Positions 1 to 9,134 of a DNA stretch of 64,000 bases are shown here, in pieces. The DNA comes from an uncultured Acidobacteriota bacterium (GTDB lineage Bacteria; Acidobacteriota; JAQAZP01). Position numbers and translations under genes: made by a program. The stretch spans positions 672,001-736,000 of the forward strand of contig CAWIIB010000009.1 in assembly GCA_963836075.1 (NCBI GenBank), read 5' to 3'. Position 1 is the stretch's first letter. Each line of letters starts with the position of its first letter. Under the pieces are notes generated by a model. The model saw only the letters and a program-made list of their open reading frames with translations, was not told where the DNA came from and did no database searches.

Positions 1-1
1 C

Positions 2-535
2 CGCCAGCTGGAGATCCCGGTCTTCTACGTCAGCCACCAGCCGGAAGAGGTGGCCCGCCTTGCCGACCACCTGGTGCTGATGGAACCGGGCACCATCCGG
101 GCCTCCGGACCGATGAACGAGATGCTGACCCGTGTGGACCTGCCGCTGGCCCGGGGCCGCGGCTCGGCGGCCATCGTCGAAGCGCTGGTCACCGGCCGGG
201 ACCACACCTGGCAACTCACCTGCCTCAGTTTCCCTGGAGGCAAAATTACCCTGCCCGGAACAGGTCTGAACGATGGTGAGACGGTGCGGTTGCGAGTGCT
301 GGCCCGCGACGTCAGTCTGTCGCTGGAACCGCACAACAATACCAGCATCCTCAACATCCTTCCGGTGCGGGTAGTCCAGATGGCCGACCAGCCCCCGGCA
401 CAGGTGATCGTCCGTCTGGAAGCCGGGGGTGTGCCGCTGCTCTCCCGCATCACCCGCAAGTCGGCCGCGGAGCTCCACCTCGAGCCAGGATCAGAGGTTT
501 GGGCCCAGGTGAAGAGCGTGGCGCTGCTTGACTGA
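2..535 (+). CDS. modC: Molybdate ABC transporter ATP-binding protein, 3' part (5'-truncated by window)
   Basis: Frame from nt 2 reads RQLEIPVFYVSHQPEEVARLADHLVLM (ABC H-loop), then a TOBE/Mop tail 'SILNILP...LSRITRKSAAELHLEPGSEVWAQVKSVAL'. Confidence 0.9.
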   Translation, partial: RQLEIPVFYVSHQPEEVARLADHLVLMEPGTIRASGPMNEMLTRVDLPLARGRGSAAIVEALVTGRDHTWQLTCLSFPGGKITLPGTGLNDGETVRLRVLARDVSLSLEPHNNTSILNILPVRVVQMADQPPAQVIVRLEAGGVPLLSRITRKSAAELHLEPGSEVWAQVKSVALLD

Positions 536-658
536 GAAAAATGTGCCCTCCGGCCATTTTTCACTTGCATAAAAAAATATAATTCCGTTAAAATGGAATG
601 CAAGTGAGTATATCCGCGCCAGCGGAGTAACAGGCCGTATTCACTGACAGGCTCAGAG

Positions 659-2095
659 ATGAACAGTCTCGGCAAGATCACCGTTCTCCTGACCATTCTG
701 CTGCTCATTTTCTGTTATCACGCCACCAGGGCGGACCGCACTGAACTGACCACGCTCCCGGAAAAGAATCTTGATCGTACAGAAAGAATCGCCAAAGAAT
801 TCGGGCTCTCCATCGAGGCCGGCGGTTCCCTGGCCAGCATCATGCGTCTGACCTATTCCGATCTGGATCTCCAGAAAATGGAGAGCACCTGGACCAGGTT
901 GCTGCGGGAGACCATCGCGCTGAACGAAGGCCTGGTGGCCAATGCCAATCCGGCCGAGCTGCACGACCCCGCCGCCAACCGGGTCGAGCCGGGAACCACA
1001 CTGCAGCTGCCCGCCATCGCCGCGGTGGAAGAGGGCGACACCGGCATCAGCCGGGTACTGATCAGGTTGAATCCCAAATTGAAGGGCAACGGGCGCGCTC
1101 TCATCGGAGCGATCAAGGCGACCATCAACGCCAATGCCGACCTGATCAGAAAGGCCGACGTGAACCAGTTGCGTGACGGCCGGTTTAACGTCATCGTGGT
1201 TGGCGACATCCTCATCCTTCCGCCCGACGTGCTGCCGCACACACCGGCCCATCACCCCGTGCAGCAGCCCGCCATGGTCGCAAAGAAGACGACCGAAAAC
1301 GCGACACTTCCCACCAGTGAGGAAAAGCTGGAGGAGACCGCCCACCAGGAAGCGGCGGTTGTGGTGACCGAGCCCGAAGAGACCGAAGCAACACTGCCCA
1401 CCGGTGAGGAAAAGCCGGTGGAGATCGCCAGCCAGGTGGCGGCGTCTGTTCTGCCCGAGCCCGAAGAGACCGAAGCGACACTGCCCGCCGGTGAGGAGAA
1501 GCCGGTGGAGATCGCCGGCCAGGTGGCGGCGTCTGTTCTGCCCGAGCCCGAAGAGACCGAAGCGACACTGCCCGCCGGTGAGGAAAAGCCGGTGGAGACC
1601 GCCGAACAGGTTGCGGCGGTTGTGGAGTCCCTGCCTGAGCAGGCCGAGGCGGCACCGCTGGAAATGGAACCGGTGGCCGTGGCCCATGTGGATACCGATG
1701 ACCCCGCTGACCCACCCCTGATTGTGGAACCGTTTCCGGTGATCGCCGGCTCGAAATTTGAGAACCCCATCGGCCCCACCGGCCCCATCGGCCTCACCGC
1801 GTGGGAGACCCGGCGTCCGGCCAAGCCGGTGAAGAAGACCGATCTCCTGGCCGGGGGCAACCTGCTCCTGGCCTACCTGCTGGCCGGGCTGGCTCTCCTG
1901 GGGCTCTTTGTTATTCTGTTGGTCAGGTGGCTCGAGCGGGACAGCGTGTTCCGTGAACAGTTCAACCTGCTGTTCGGAGCAGCTGTTTTCCTCATCACCT
2001 TCGGACGAGTGCGGATCAAGCCGCTCGTGGAAGTCACCGCCGAGGATAAAGACCGTCTGCCGATCCCCGACCAGGAGGGAAAGCAGGAAACCTGA
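659..2095 (+). CDS. Exported FimV-like protein: signal peptide, two LysM-like segments, acidic repeat stalk, C-terminal TM anchor
   Basis: Hydrophobic N-terminus; LysM-like ends 'NRVEPGTTLQLP' and 'NVIVVGDILILPP'; 29-aa acidic repeats; TM 'LLLAYLLAGLALLGLFVILLV'. Confidence 0.6.
   Translation: MNSLGKITVLLTILLLIFCYHATRADRTELTTLPEKNLDRTERIAKEFGLSIEAGGSLASIMRLTYSDLDLQKMESTWTRLLRETIALNEGLVANANPAELHDPAANRVEPGTTLQLPAIAAVEEGDTGISRVLIRLNPKLKGNGRALIGAIKATINANADLIRKADVNQLRDGRFNVIVVGDILILPPDVLPHTPAHHPVQQPAMVAKKTTENATLPTSEEKLEETAHQEAAVVVTEPEETEATLPTGEEKPVEIASQVAASVLPEPEETEATLPAGEEKPVEIAGQVAASVLPEPEETEATLPAGEEKPVETAEQVAAVVESLPEQAEAAPLEMEPVAVAHVDTDDPADPPLIVEPFPVIAGSKFENPIGPTGPIGLTAWETRRPAKPVKKTDLLAGGNLLLAYLLAGLALLGLFVILLVRWLERDSVFREQFNLLFGAAVFLITFGRVRIKPLVEVTAEDKDRLPIPDQEGKQET
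1295..1625 (+). repeat. Intragenic tandem repeat, 87-bp unit, about 3.8 copies
   Basis: ACACT(T/G)CCC(A/G)CC(A/G)GTGAGGA recurs at 1304, 1391, 1478 and 1565; encodes PEPEETEATLPAGEEKPVEIA... Confidence 0.95.
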
Positions 2096-2102
2096 TCCCG
2101 CC

Positions 2103-2594
2103 TTATTCCGAAGTCCTCCGGACACTTTCAGATCCAATCAGGCTCACGTCCAGGCGGCCAATGCTGACCGGCGAAAGGCCGGTCCACGGCGCCGTGGCCA
2201 CTATCTGCGACCAGGATTCAACCGTCCCGCCAACCCGGCTCAACTGTCCGTCCTCGGCCACTTCGTCGTTCCCTGACTGCTGAGAGAGGAACGCCTCGAG
2301 CATGTCCTGACGAGGGCCGTGGGCGGCGACCCAGCGCAACTCCTGGATGCCTGGATCGAGGTCCAATCTCTTGCGGGTGATCTGCGGTCGGCCCCGACCG
2401 AGGTTCATGCAGTAGAGCGTCGGTTCCTGCATCCATTCCCGGTCAAGGGAAAACTCCATCGCGGACTCAACAGTCGAACATGTCGACGTGCCGGACACAG
2501 TTGTCTTCTCCCCAACGCCCTGGGCCATGACCGTGGCTCCCGTGAAAAGAATCATTCCGGTGATCAGGATGGCGGCGGCTCTGTTCCTAAACAT
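2103..2594 (-). CDS. Hypothetical secreted protein
   Basis: ATG 2594 after purine-rich RBS; signal-like MFRNRAAAILITGMILFTGATVMA. Confidence 0.55.
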   Translation of the reverse strand: MFRNRAAAILITGMILFTGATVMAQGVGEKTTVSGTSTCSTVESAMEFSLDREWMQEPTLYCMNLGRGRPQITRKRLDLDPGIQELRWVAAHGPRQDMLEAFLSQQSGNDEVAEDGQLSRVGGTVESWSQIVATAPWTGLSPVSIGRLDVSLIGSESVRRTSE

Positions 2595-3003
2595 CTTCCT
2601 TCCCCCTTTTTCGTTTTTCTCGTTCATTTTTTAAGGTTCATCCCGATATTTGATCTGCAGATCGATTCCATGCACACCGGTAAAAAGAGCAAGGGCCGTG
2701 CCAGACGGTGGAGTTGATTTGAACGCATTGATTTCAAATCGATTATCCGATCCGATCGCCACACGGTCAGCCGGGACACGGGGGGAGACTGCAAAATATC
2801 CGGCAGGCCTGTCAGCAAATTTCACAGGTAGGCAAAGTGATTTACTGAAGCACGCGGTTTACGAACCATCGGCACCGCTCCTACATTATCCAGCGGAAAT
2901 GGGGAATATATGCCTGTGGCAGCTCTATTTGATTCAGGCCGGAGTGATCTGGTAACGTCTGATATGGATACCGGACAATCCGAACCAAACAGGGGGCATC
3001 ATC

Positions 3004-3762
3004 ATGATTCAGAACAGCCGAAACCATACTCGTCTCTCTGTTTTTCTATTCGCCATGGTTTTGGCAGCATCCGCCTTACCCGGATTCTGCCAGTCACAGA
3101 ACTCCCCAACCGCTGAACCGGCGCACGACCCGTCGCTTCCCCCCATCGACTGCCCGCTCCACAAGCATGGCATCGACCCGGACCATCTGCGGCCGATCGA
3201 AGACGTGGATGAGTACATCGCCTTCCTCGACAACCCGGAACGGGCGGCCTGGCAGAAACCGGATGAGGTGGTGGCGGCACTGAACCTCGAGGGATCGGAG
3301 ACGGTGGTCGATCTCGGCGCCGGCGGTGGCTACTTCACCTTTCGCATGGCCAAACTGCTTCCTGAAGGCAAGGTCATCGCCAGCGACATCGAACCGGAAA
3401 TGATCCGGCACATCCACCACAAGGTAATGACCGAGGGGATCAAGAACGTCCAGGCGGAGCTGATCGAGCCGGCGAACCCGATGCTGCCGGAAGGCGTCGA
3501 CCTGGTCTTCATCTGCGATGTGCTGCACCACGTATCGGACCGTCCGGCGTGGCTCAAGAAACTCGCCGGCAAAATGCGTTCCGGCGCCCGGCTGGTGCTC
3601 ATCGAGTTCCGGGAAGGTGATCTGCCGAAGGGGCCGCCGGAATCGATGAAGATCCCGCGGGACAAGATCATGGAGCTGATGGCCGGGGCCGGATTCGTTT
3701 TTGTGTCGGAGAGCCCGGAGCTGCTGCCCTACCAGCTCTTTCTGGAATTCGCAAAACCATGA
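3004..3762 (+). CDS. Class I SAM-dependent methyltransferase-like protein with N-terminal signal peptide
   Basis: VVDLGAGGGYF motif I; DLVFICDVLHHV; 'ERAAWQKPDEVV' segment. Confidence 0.85.
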   Translation: MIQNSRNHTRLSVFLFAMVLAASALPGFCQSQNSPTAEPAHDPSLPPIDCPLHKHGIDPDHLRPIEDVDEYIAFLDNPERAAWQKPDEVVAALNLEGSETVVDLGAGGGYFTFRMAKLLPEGKVIASDIEPEMIRHIHHKVMTEGIKNVQAELIEPANPMLPEGVDLVFICDVLHHVSDRPAWLKKLAGKMRSGARLVLIEFREGDLPKGPPESMKIPRDKIMELMAGAGFVFVSESPELLPYQLFLEFAKP

Positions 3763-4256
3763 CCGCCGAGGCTCCCTTCACCTTCACCCCCATCGGCGTG
3801 ATCCGCTCGGATCACAAAACCGCGGCGGGCACACCCATCCAGCCCGCCTATGCCGATGATACGTGCGTGGGGCAGGTGATCCTCGAGCCCGGGTTCGAGG
3901 AGGCGCTGGAAGATATCGAAGGGTTCGAACGTGTCTGGCTGATCTACCTGCTCGACAGGGCCGGAGATTACCGCCCGAAAATCGTCCCATACCGGGACGT
4001 GATCGAACACGGCCTGTTCGCCACGCGCTCACCGTGCCGGCCGAATCCCATCGGCCTCTCGGTGGTCCGGCTGGTGGCCCGCAAGGGGAACATCCTGCAA
4101 ATCAGCGGGGTGGATATCCTGAACGGCACACCGCTGCTGGACATCAAACCCTATGTCCCGGAATTCGACGCTCACCCCGTTTCAAAAGCCGGCTGGCTGG
4201 ACGAGCGGCGCTCCGAGCGCACCCGGGCCGATGACCGGTTTCACCAGCCCGAGTAA
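3759..4256 (+). CDS. tsaA: tRNA m6t6A37 methyltransferase TrmO/TsaA family
   Basis: TPIGVIRS, GLFATRSPCRPNPIGLSVV and GVDILNGTPLLDIKPYVP motifs; ATGA overlap with upstream gene. Confidence 0.92.
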   Translation: MTAEAPFTFTPIGVIRSDHKTAAGTPIQPAYADDTCVGQVILEPGFEEALEDIEGFERVWLIYLLDRAGDYRPKIVPYRDVIEHGLFATRSPCRPNPIGLSVVRLVARKGNILQISGVDILNGTPLLDIKPYVPEFDAHPVSKAGWLDERRSERTRADDRFHQPE

Positions 4257-4305
4257 AAATTTTTATCCGTTTGCAGTCTTACAGGACATTGATCTGCCCC
4301 GGCGG

Positions 4306-6474
4306 TCACTGCTTCAGCAGTTCAATCATCTTTTTCGGGTCGGTGACCGGGGCCTGGCAGGCATAGTTGCGGCAGACATAGGCAGTGGCCTTGCCTTCCC
4401 GGCTGGTCTGTGCCTCGAGATAGGGGGCCAGGGCGAGAACGGGGTCCTGCTCTTCGGGACGAAGGACCACCACCATGTTGGGGATGTAGACCGATTCCAC
4501 GGCGCGGAGCATCTGTTTGGTGTCCTCGGCATCGCGCTTTCCGGCGATCACCACCTCGAAGGAGGGGCCGGCGGCAAAATCGACGGCGCAGAGCATCTGG
4601 GTGAAGCCGGTGGGGGACTGGACCAGCTGGGCGGAAAAGAGCTTGGCGATGGCCGCCGCCTTCTGCTCCAGCTGCGGGTCGGCGGTGATCCGGCCGAGGC
4701 GGATCAGGTTCATCATCGCCACCGAATTGCCGGAGGGAACGGCCCCGTCGTAGCCATCCTTCTGCCGGACGATGAGTTCCTCTGCGTCGTCGGCCGTGGT
4801 GAACAGCCCGCCGGCCTTTTCGTCCCAGAAGTGGTAGAGCATCTGCAGGTTCAGCTGGAGCGCCTCTTCGAGATATGCCGCGTCGAATGTAGATTCGTAC
4901 ATCTCGATCAGACCCCAGACAAAAAAGGCGTAGTCGTCGATCCCGCCGTCGATCCCGGCCGAACCCTCGCGGTAGCGGTGGAGCAGCCGGCCTTTCTTTG
5001 TCCGCATCTTTTCCCGGTTGAAACGGATGGCCTTCTCCGCCACGGCGAGACAGCTCGGCTCATCGAAGACTCTGGCCGCCTGGGCCAGTGCGGCGATCAT
5101 CAGGCCGTTCCAGTCGGTGAGCACCTTGTCGTCCTTGTAAGGGTGAATCCGTTTCTCGCGGACGTCGAACAGGGTGATCAGCGACGGCTCAAGTCTGGCG
5201 CGAAGTTTTTCCTCATCCAGTCCCAGGCGGGCGGCGTTCTGGGCCATGCTGCCGGTGAGGTGGAGGATATTGGCGCCGTGGCCGCCCTCCTCAAAAGTGC
5301 CCCCATCCTTAATGTTGAAAAGGTCGATGACCAGTTTGGCCTCGGCCGCGGGCAGCAGATTGCGAATCTCCTCGGTGGTCCAGAGGTAGAACTTCCCCTC
5401 CACGCCCTCACTGTCCGCGTCTTCGGCGGAATAGAACCCGCCCTCAGGAGAGGTCATATCGCGAATGACGTAGGTGAAGATTTCCTCGGCCACCCGGCGG
5501 TACTCGATTTTTCCGGTGGCCTGGTGGGTTTCGATCAAGGCCAGGGCAATCATCGCCTGGTCGTAGAGCATCTTTTCGAAGTGCGGGGCAAACCACCGCT
5601 CGTCGGTGGAATAGCGGTGGAACCCTAAACCGAGGTGGTCGTATATCCCTCCCCGGCGCATGGCCTGGAGGGTTTTCTCCACCATCTCCAGCGCCCTTTC
5701 GTCACCGCTGCGCTTCCAGTGGCGGAGACAGAGCAGCAGCTGGTGCGGGGTGGGGAACTTCGGCGCCCCGCCGAACCCGCCGTTCCGGTCGTCGAAGCTG
5801 CGCTCCAGCAGGCCGAAGGCCGCCTTGACCTCGGTGGGGCCCGGGTCGTTACCCGGGGTCATCGCCGAACTCTTTTCCAGAACCGAGGTGATCTCGTCGG
5901 CGCCTTTCAATAGCTCCTCACGGCGGGTATTCCAGGCTGCGGCCAGCTGGGGGAGCATGTCCATCATCCCCGGACGGCCGTGCATGCCGTGCTTGGGGAA
6001 GTAGGTGCCGGCGAAAAAGGGCTTCTTCTCCGGGGTCATGATCACGGTCAGCGGCCAGCCGCCCGAACCGGTGAGCATCTGGCAGACGGTCATGTAGACC
6101 CCGTCGATGTCCGGCCGCTCTTCCCGGTCGACCTTGATCGAGACGAAGTGCTCGTTGAGCAGCGCCGCCACCTCGGTGTCCTCGAACGACTCGCGTTCCA
6201 TCACGTGGCACCAGTGGCAGGTGCTGTAGCCGATGGAGAGGAAGACCGGCTTGTCTTCCGCACGCGCCCTGGCGAATGCCTCCTCACCCCAGGGATACCA
6301 GTCCACCGGGTTGTGGGCGTGCTGCAGGAGGTAGGGGCTCTTCTCGTCGATCAGCCGGTTGCTCATCTTTTCCTTTCCGGACGGCTCGGCCTGCAGCCCG
6401 GCGGAATCGACGGGACCGGAGCAGGATATGGCGAGGAGCAGCAGCAGCGGCAGCCTCGTCATCAGTTTCATCAT
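4306..6474 (-). CDS. YyaL/SSP411 thioredoxin-domain (DUF255) plus six-hairpin protein
   Basis: [48 protein letters not shown]; possible lipoprotein signal LAISC (alternative start at MSNRL). Confidence 0.93.
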   Translation of the reverse strand: MMKLMTRLPLLLLLAISCSGPVDSAGLQAEPSGKEKMSNRLIDEKSPYLLQHAHNPVDWYPWGEEAFARARAEDKPVFLSIGYSTCHWCHVMERESFEDTEVAALLNEHFVSIKVDREERPDIDGVYMTVCQMLTGSGGWPLTVIMTPEKKPFFAGTYFPKHGMHGRPGMMDMLPQLAAAWNTRREELLKGADEITSVLEKSSAMTPGNDPGPTEVKAAFGLLERSFDDRNGGFGGAPKFPTPHQLLLCLRHWKRSGDERALEMVEKTLQAMRRGGIYDHLGLGFHRYSTDERWFAPHFEKMLYDQAMIALALIETHQATGKIEYRRVAEEIFTYVIRDMTSPEGGFYSAEDADSEGVEGKFYLWTTEEIRNLLPAAEAKLVIDLFNIKDGGTFEEGGHGANILHLTGSMAQNAARLGLDEEKLRARLEPSLITLFDVREKRIHPYKDDKVLTDWNGLMIAALAQAARVFDEPSCLAVAEKAIRFNREKMRTKKGRLLHRYREGSAGIDGGIDDYAFFVWGLIEMYESTFDAAYLEEALQLNLQMLYHFWDEKAGGLFTTADDAEELIVRQKDGYDGAVPSGNSVAMMNLIRLGRITADPQLEQKAAAIAKLFSAQLVQSPTGFTQMLCAVDFAAGPSFEVVIAGKRDAEDTKQMLRAVESVYIPNMVVVLRPEEQDPVLALAPYLEAQTSREGKATAYVCRNYACQAPVTDPKKMIELLKQ

Positions 6475-6494
6475 CGTGGTGTTTCTATATCTTT

Positions 6495-6935
6495 CTATCC
6501 GGGATACTTGCGGTCGATATAGTCTTTCAGGTGGCGGTTCTCGTACTCGCTGACCTTTTTCTGGTGCTTGACCACGTCGCCCATGGAGATGATCCCCACC
6601 AGCCGCTTTTTGTCCAGGATCGGCAGGTGGCGGACACGGTTCTCGATCATCAGGTTCTCCACCGCGTCCAGCTCGTCTTCGGGCTCGCCAATAATGAGAT
6701 CGGTGGTCATCACGTCCTTCACCGGGGTCGTCTTCAGGACGTCATACTTGGTGTAGCTGACGTAGAGGATATCCCGCTCGGTGAGGATCCCGGCGATGCT
6801 CCCCTGCTGGTTCAGGGCCAGCAGGCTGCCGATCTTGTTCTTGACCAGGACCTCCATCGCGTCGAAGATCATCTTCTCGTCATGGATGGTGACCACTTCC
6901 GGTCCCTTGGTTTTCAGTATGTCCTTTACTTTCAT
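6495..6935 (-). CDS. CBS-pair protein
   Basis: [11 protein letters not shown]...GILTERDIL...VRHLPI...[10 protein letters not shown]; GGAGG RBS. Confidence 0.92.
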   Translation of the reverse strand: MKVKDILKTKGPEVVTIHDEKMIFDAMEVLVKNKIGSLLALNQQGSIAGILTERDILYVSYTKYDVLKTTPVKDVMTTDLIIGEPEDELDAVENLMIENRVRHLPILDKKRLVGIISMGDVVKHQKKVSEYENRHLKDYIDRKYPG

Positions 6936-6962
6936 CGTCCTCACCTCCGCTGCAGGAAATGC

Positions 6963-7430
6963 TCAGCCCTGCTGTTCCTTCAGTTCAGCCAGCACCGCTT
7001 CAGCATGACCCTTGGCCTTCACGTTGGGCCAGACCCTGGCCACCTTGCCCGCCGGGTTGATCAGCACGGTGCTCCGCGCCACGCCCATGTACTCCCGCCC
7101 GTAGTTCTTTTTCAGCCGCCAGGCACCGTAGGCCTCCAGCGCCTGGTGCTCCGGGTCGCTGAGCAGGGTCACCTTCAGGTTTTGCTTCTCCCGGAAATTG
7201 CGGTGGGTGACCGTCTTGTCCGGGCTCACTCCCAGCACCACCGCGTCGAGCTTCTCGAACTTCTTGAGGGCCGCCGTGAACTCGGCGGCTTCCACGGTTC
7301 ACCCGGAGGTGTTGTCCTTGGGGTAGAAGTAGAGCACAACCCATTGGCCCTTAAAGTGGGAGAGCCTCACCAGTTCATCGTCCTGGTTCAACAGCTTGAA
7401 GGCCGGCGCTTTCATTTTTGGTTCGAGCAT
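6963..7430 (-). CDS. bcp: Selenocysteine-containing BCP/PrxQ peroxiredoxin (155 aa, Sec TGA at 7299-7301)
   Basis: Reading through the TGA gives [51 protein letters not shown]; TGA sits at the PxxxT/SxxC peroxidatic Cys; AGGAGG upstream of ATG 7430. Confidence 0.9.
7270..7289 (-). promoter_or_regulatory. Putative bacterial SECIS hairpin
   Basis: Starts 9 nt after the UGA: GCCGCCG-AGUUCA-CGGCGGC, a perfect 7-bp stem with G at loop position 2. Confidence 0.7.
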
Positions 7431-7737
7431 CCCCCTTCGTCCTCCTTGATTCACAGATCAGTGCAATTGATTAATGCGCCCCGAACATCATCGGGACAAC
7501 AAACCACTACAATGGTAGATGATATTGCAGATACTGTGCCATATGGATGAGAATGGTTCAAGACTAAGATTATATAGCATTTACAAGCAATCGAACATTT
7601 ATCTCGTGATACCTGACTTCCGCCTGGGTTGCAACGAGACAAAATTCCGTCTCACATCGGGCAAGATGAGACACCCCGGGAGACATGAACAGGATGCAAC
7701 AGAATCGGGTCAGCCCCTTTTGTTGCATATGCGCTAC

Positions 7738-7773
7738 AAAAAACAGGGACACCCTTCCCGGAGTGTCCCTGTT
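7738..7773 (-). terminator. Rho-independent terminator after porin gene
   Basis: AACAGGGACAC / GTGTCCCTGTT inverted repeat ending in a U-run on the minus strand. Confidence 0.75.
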
Positions 7774-7799
7774 CCACTTGCCTTAGTTGGGTACCCGGC

Positions 7800-9068
7800 C
7801 TAGAAGCCCCACGCGGTGAAAAACATCACCTTGGTCACGTCCTGCGAGAATTCATCCGCATCGTAAATAGCCGCCTTGATGGCGAAGAGCTGTTTCCAGG
7901 AACTCTTCCAGCCGGCCATGAGGTCGATTTCATCGCCGTAATAGGCACTGCCTTCGTCGGACTTGAACCAGTGGTAGACCCCCTTGAGGTCGAAGGCTCC
8001 GAGCTTGCTGCCGAGAGCGATGTACGTATCAGTCAGCCCGTTCTCCGGCGTGTTGAGAAAGCGGTCGGCCCAGCCGTTCCACTTGTGCAGCGTGGCCAGC
8101 GGCGTGGAGAAGCTTCCGTTTGCAGGGCTGCCGCCCAGCACCTCGTAACCGAGGGTGAACGAAAACGCCCTGGTGTAACCAAAACCGGCTTGCAGGCGGT
8201 AGTAGTCGGCATCGACATTGTACGGGTTGCTTGCGATATCGTTCTGTTTGGCGTATTCGAAATCGTAGTTGATCTTCCAGTCCTCTTCGGCGGCCCAGTC
8301 ACCGTCCAGCCGGCCGCCAAAGGTGCCGGTGGAGGCGCCGTAATCGGCCTCGTTGTCATAGTCCAGGTAGTAGTAGTAGAGCGTGAAATCGACATAGGGA
8401 CAGCCGGTTACCCTGGCGTTGAACAGACTGCTGTTCATCTTCTTGTTGTCGCCGAAGACCCGGTTGACGTTGGCCATATAGATATAGGTCAGCCGGGTGT
8501 GGGGAATCGACTCGTTGCCGATGGAGAAGGCGTCGAAGGACTGGTGGTTCTGCCGCCAGCCCACGTTGCCCACAAAGCGCTGGTTGTCCAGGATGATCTC
8601 GTCCCGGCCGGCCCGAAGGATGGTGTCCGGAATGGCGCGGACATCGAGGTAGACCTGGTTGATCTCGGTGAGCGCCGGGTCGGCCACCACCGGCCGGTCA
8701 TCCACGCCGTTCCAGAGGCTGCCCGCGCCCTTGTTGTTGTAAAGGTCGTTGCCCAGCACGGTGACGTTCTCCGCCTCGAGAAAGGCGCTGACGCCGTGCC
8801 AGGGAAGCGTACGGTACCCCAGGGCGGTGCGCAGGGTGGAGGCGTGGGCATCCTTGTCCGGCACCAGGTCATCGGCGACATTTTCATAGCGGTAGCGCAG
8901 GTTGAGGGAGACCGTTCCCTTCATCAGGGCCTCGAGCAGGTTGTCGGCTTCGGCCTTTTTCTCATCCTTCCCGTCCTCTCCGGCCAGAACCATCGGGGTG
9001 CTGAGCAGAATGATCAGCAGTATGGCCAGCAGCCAGCGCCCGCCAGGCACGGTTGAAATCATTTTCAT
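7800..9068 (-). CDS. Alginate-export-family outer-membrane beta-barrel
   Basis: Signal peptide; LRYRYENV, GRDEIILDNQRFVGNVGWRQNHQSFD, FSTPLATLHKWNGWAD; C-terminal aromatic 'TAWGF'. Confidence 0.8.
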   Translation of the reverse strand: MKMISTVPGGRWLLAILLIILLSTPMVLAGEDGKDEKKAEADNLLEALMKGTVSLNLRYRYENVADDLVPDKDAHASTLRTALGYRTLPWHGVSAFLEAENVTVLGNDLYNNKGAGSLWNGVDDRPVVADPALTEINQVYLDVRAIPDTILRAGRDEIILDNQRFVGNVGWRQNHQSFDAFSIGNESIPHTRLTYIYMANVNRVFGDNKKMNSSLFNARVTGCPYVDFTLYYYYLDYDNEADYGASTGTFGGRLDGDWAAEEDWKINYDFEYAKQNDIASNPYNVDADYYRLQAGFGYTRAFSFTLGYEVLGGSPANGSFSTPLATLHKWNGWADRFLNTPENGLTDTYIALGSKLGAFDLKGVYHWFKSDEGSAYYGDEIDLMAGWKSSWKQLFAIKAAIYDADEFSQDVTKVMFFTAWGF

Positions 9069-9134
9069 GGACGCCTCCCTCAAATAAAGAGGAGGGCCGG
9101 CCGGGCCTTGCAAAATGGCCGGCCGGACCCGCGC

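Noticed and set aside
1295-1625. CRISPR array
   Set aside because: Contiguous in-frame 87-bp coding repeats with no unique spacers and no cas genes; the same applies to the 174-bp gingipain repeats.
2640-2745. FNR/Dnr boxes (TTGAT...ATC at ~2650, ~2728 and ~7447)
   Set aside because: Spacing is N5 or N6 rather than TTGAT-N4-ATCAA, and the right arms are imperfect.
4153-5628. Long antisense ORFs (also 653-2137, 26360-28474, 34200-35777, 51414-52886, 61849-63387)
   Set aside because: Shadow frames of GC-rich genes on the opposite strand, with no motifs.
7431-7737. Riboswitch or ncRNA in the AT-rich region upstream of bcp
   Set aside because: No recognisable aptamer consensus; an Rfam search would be needed.
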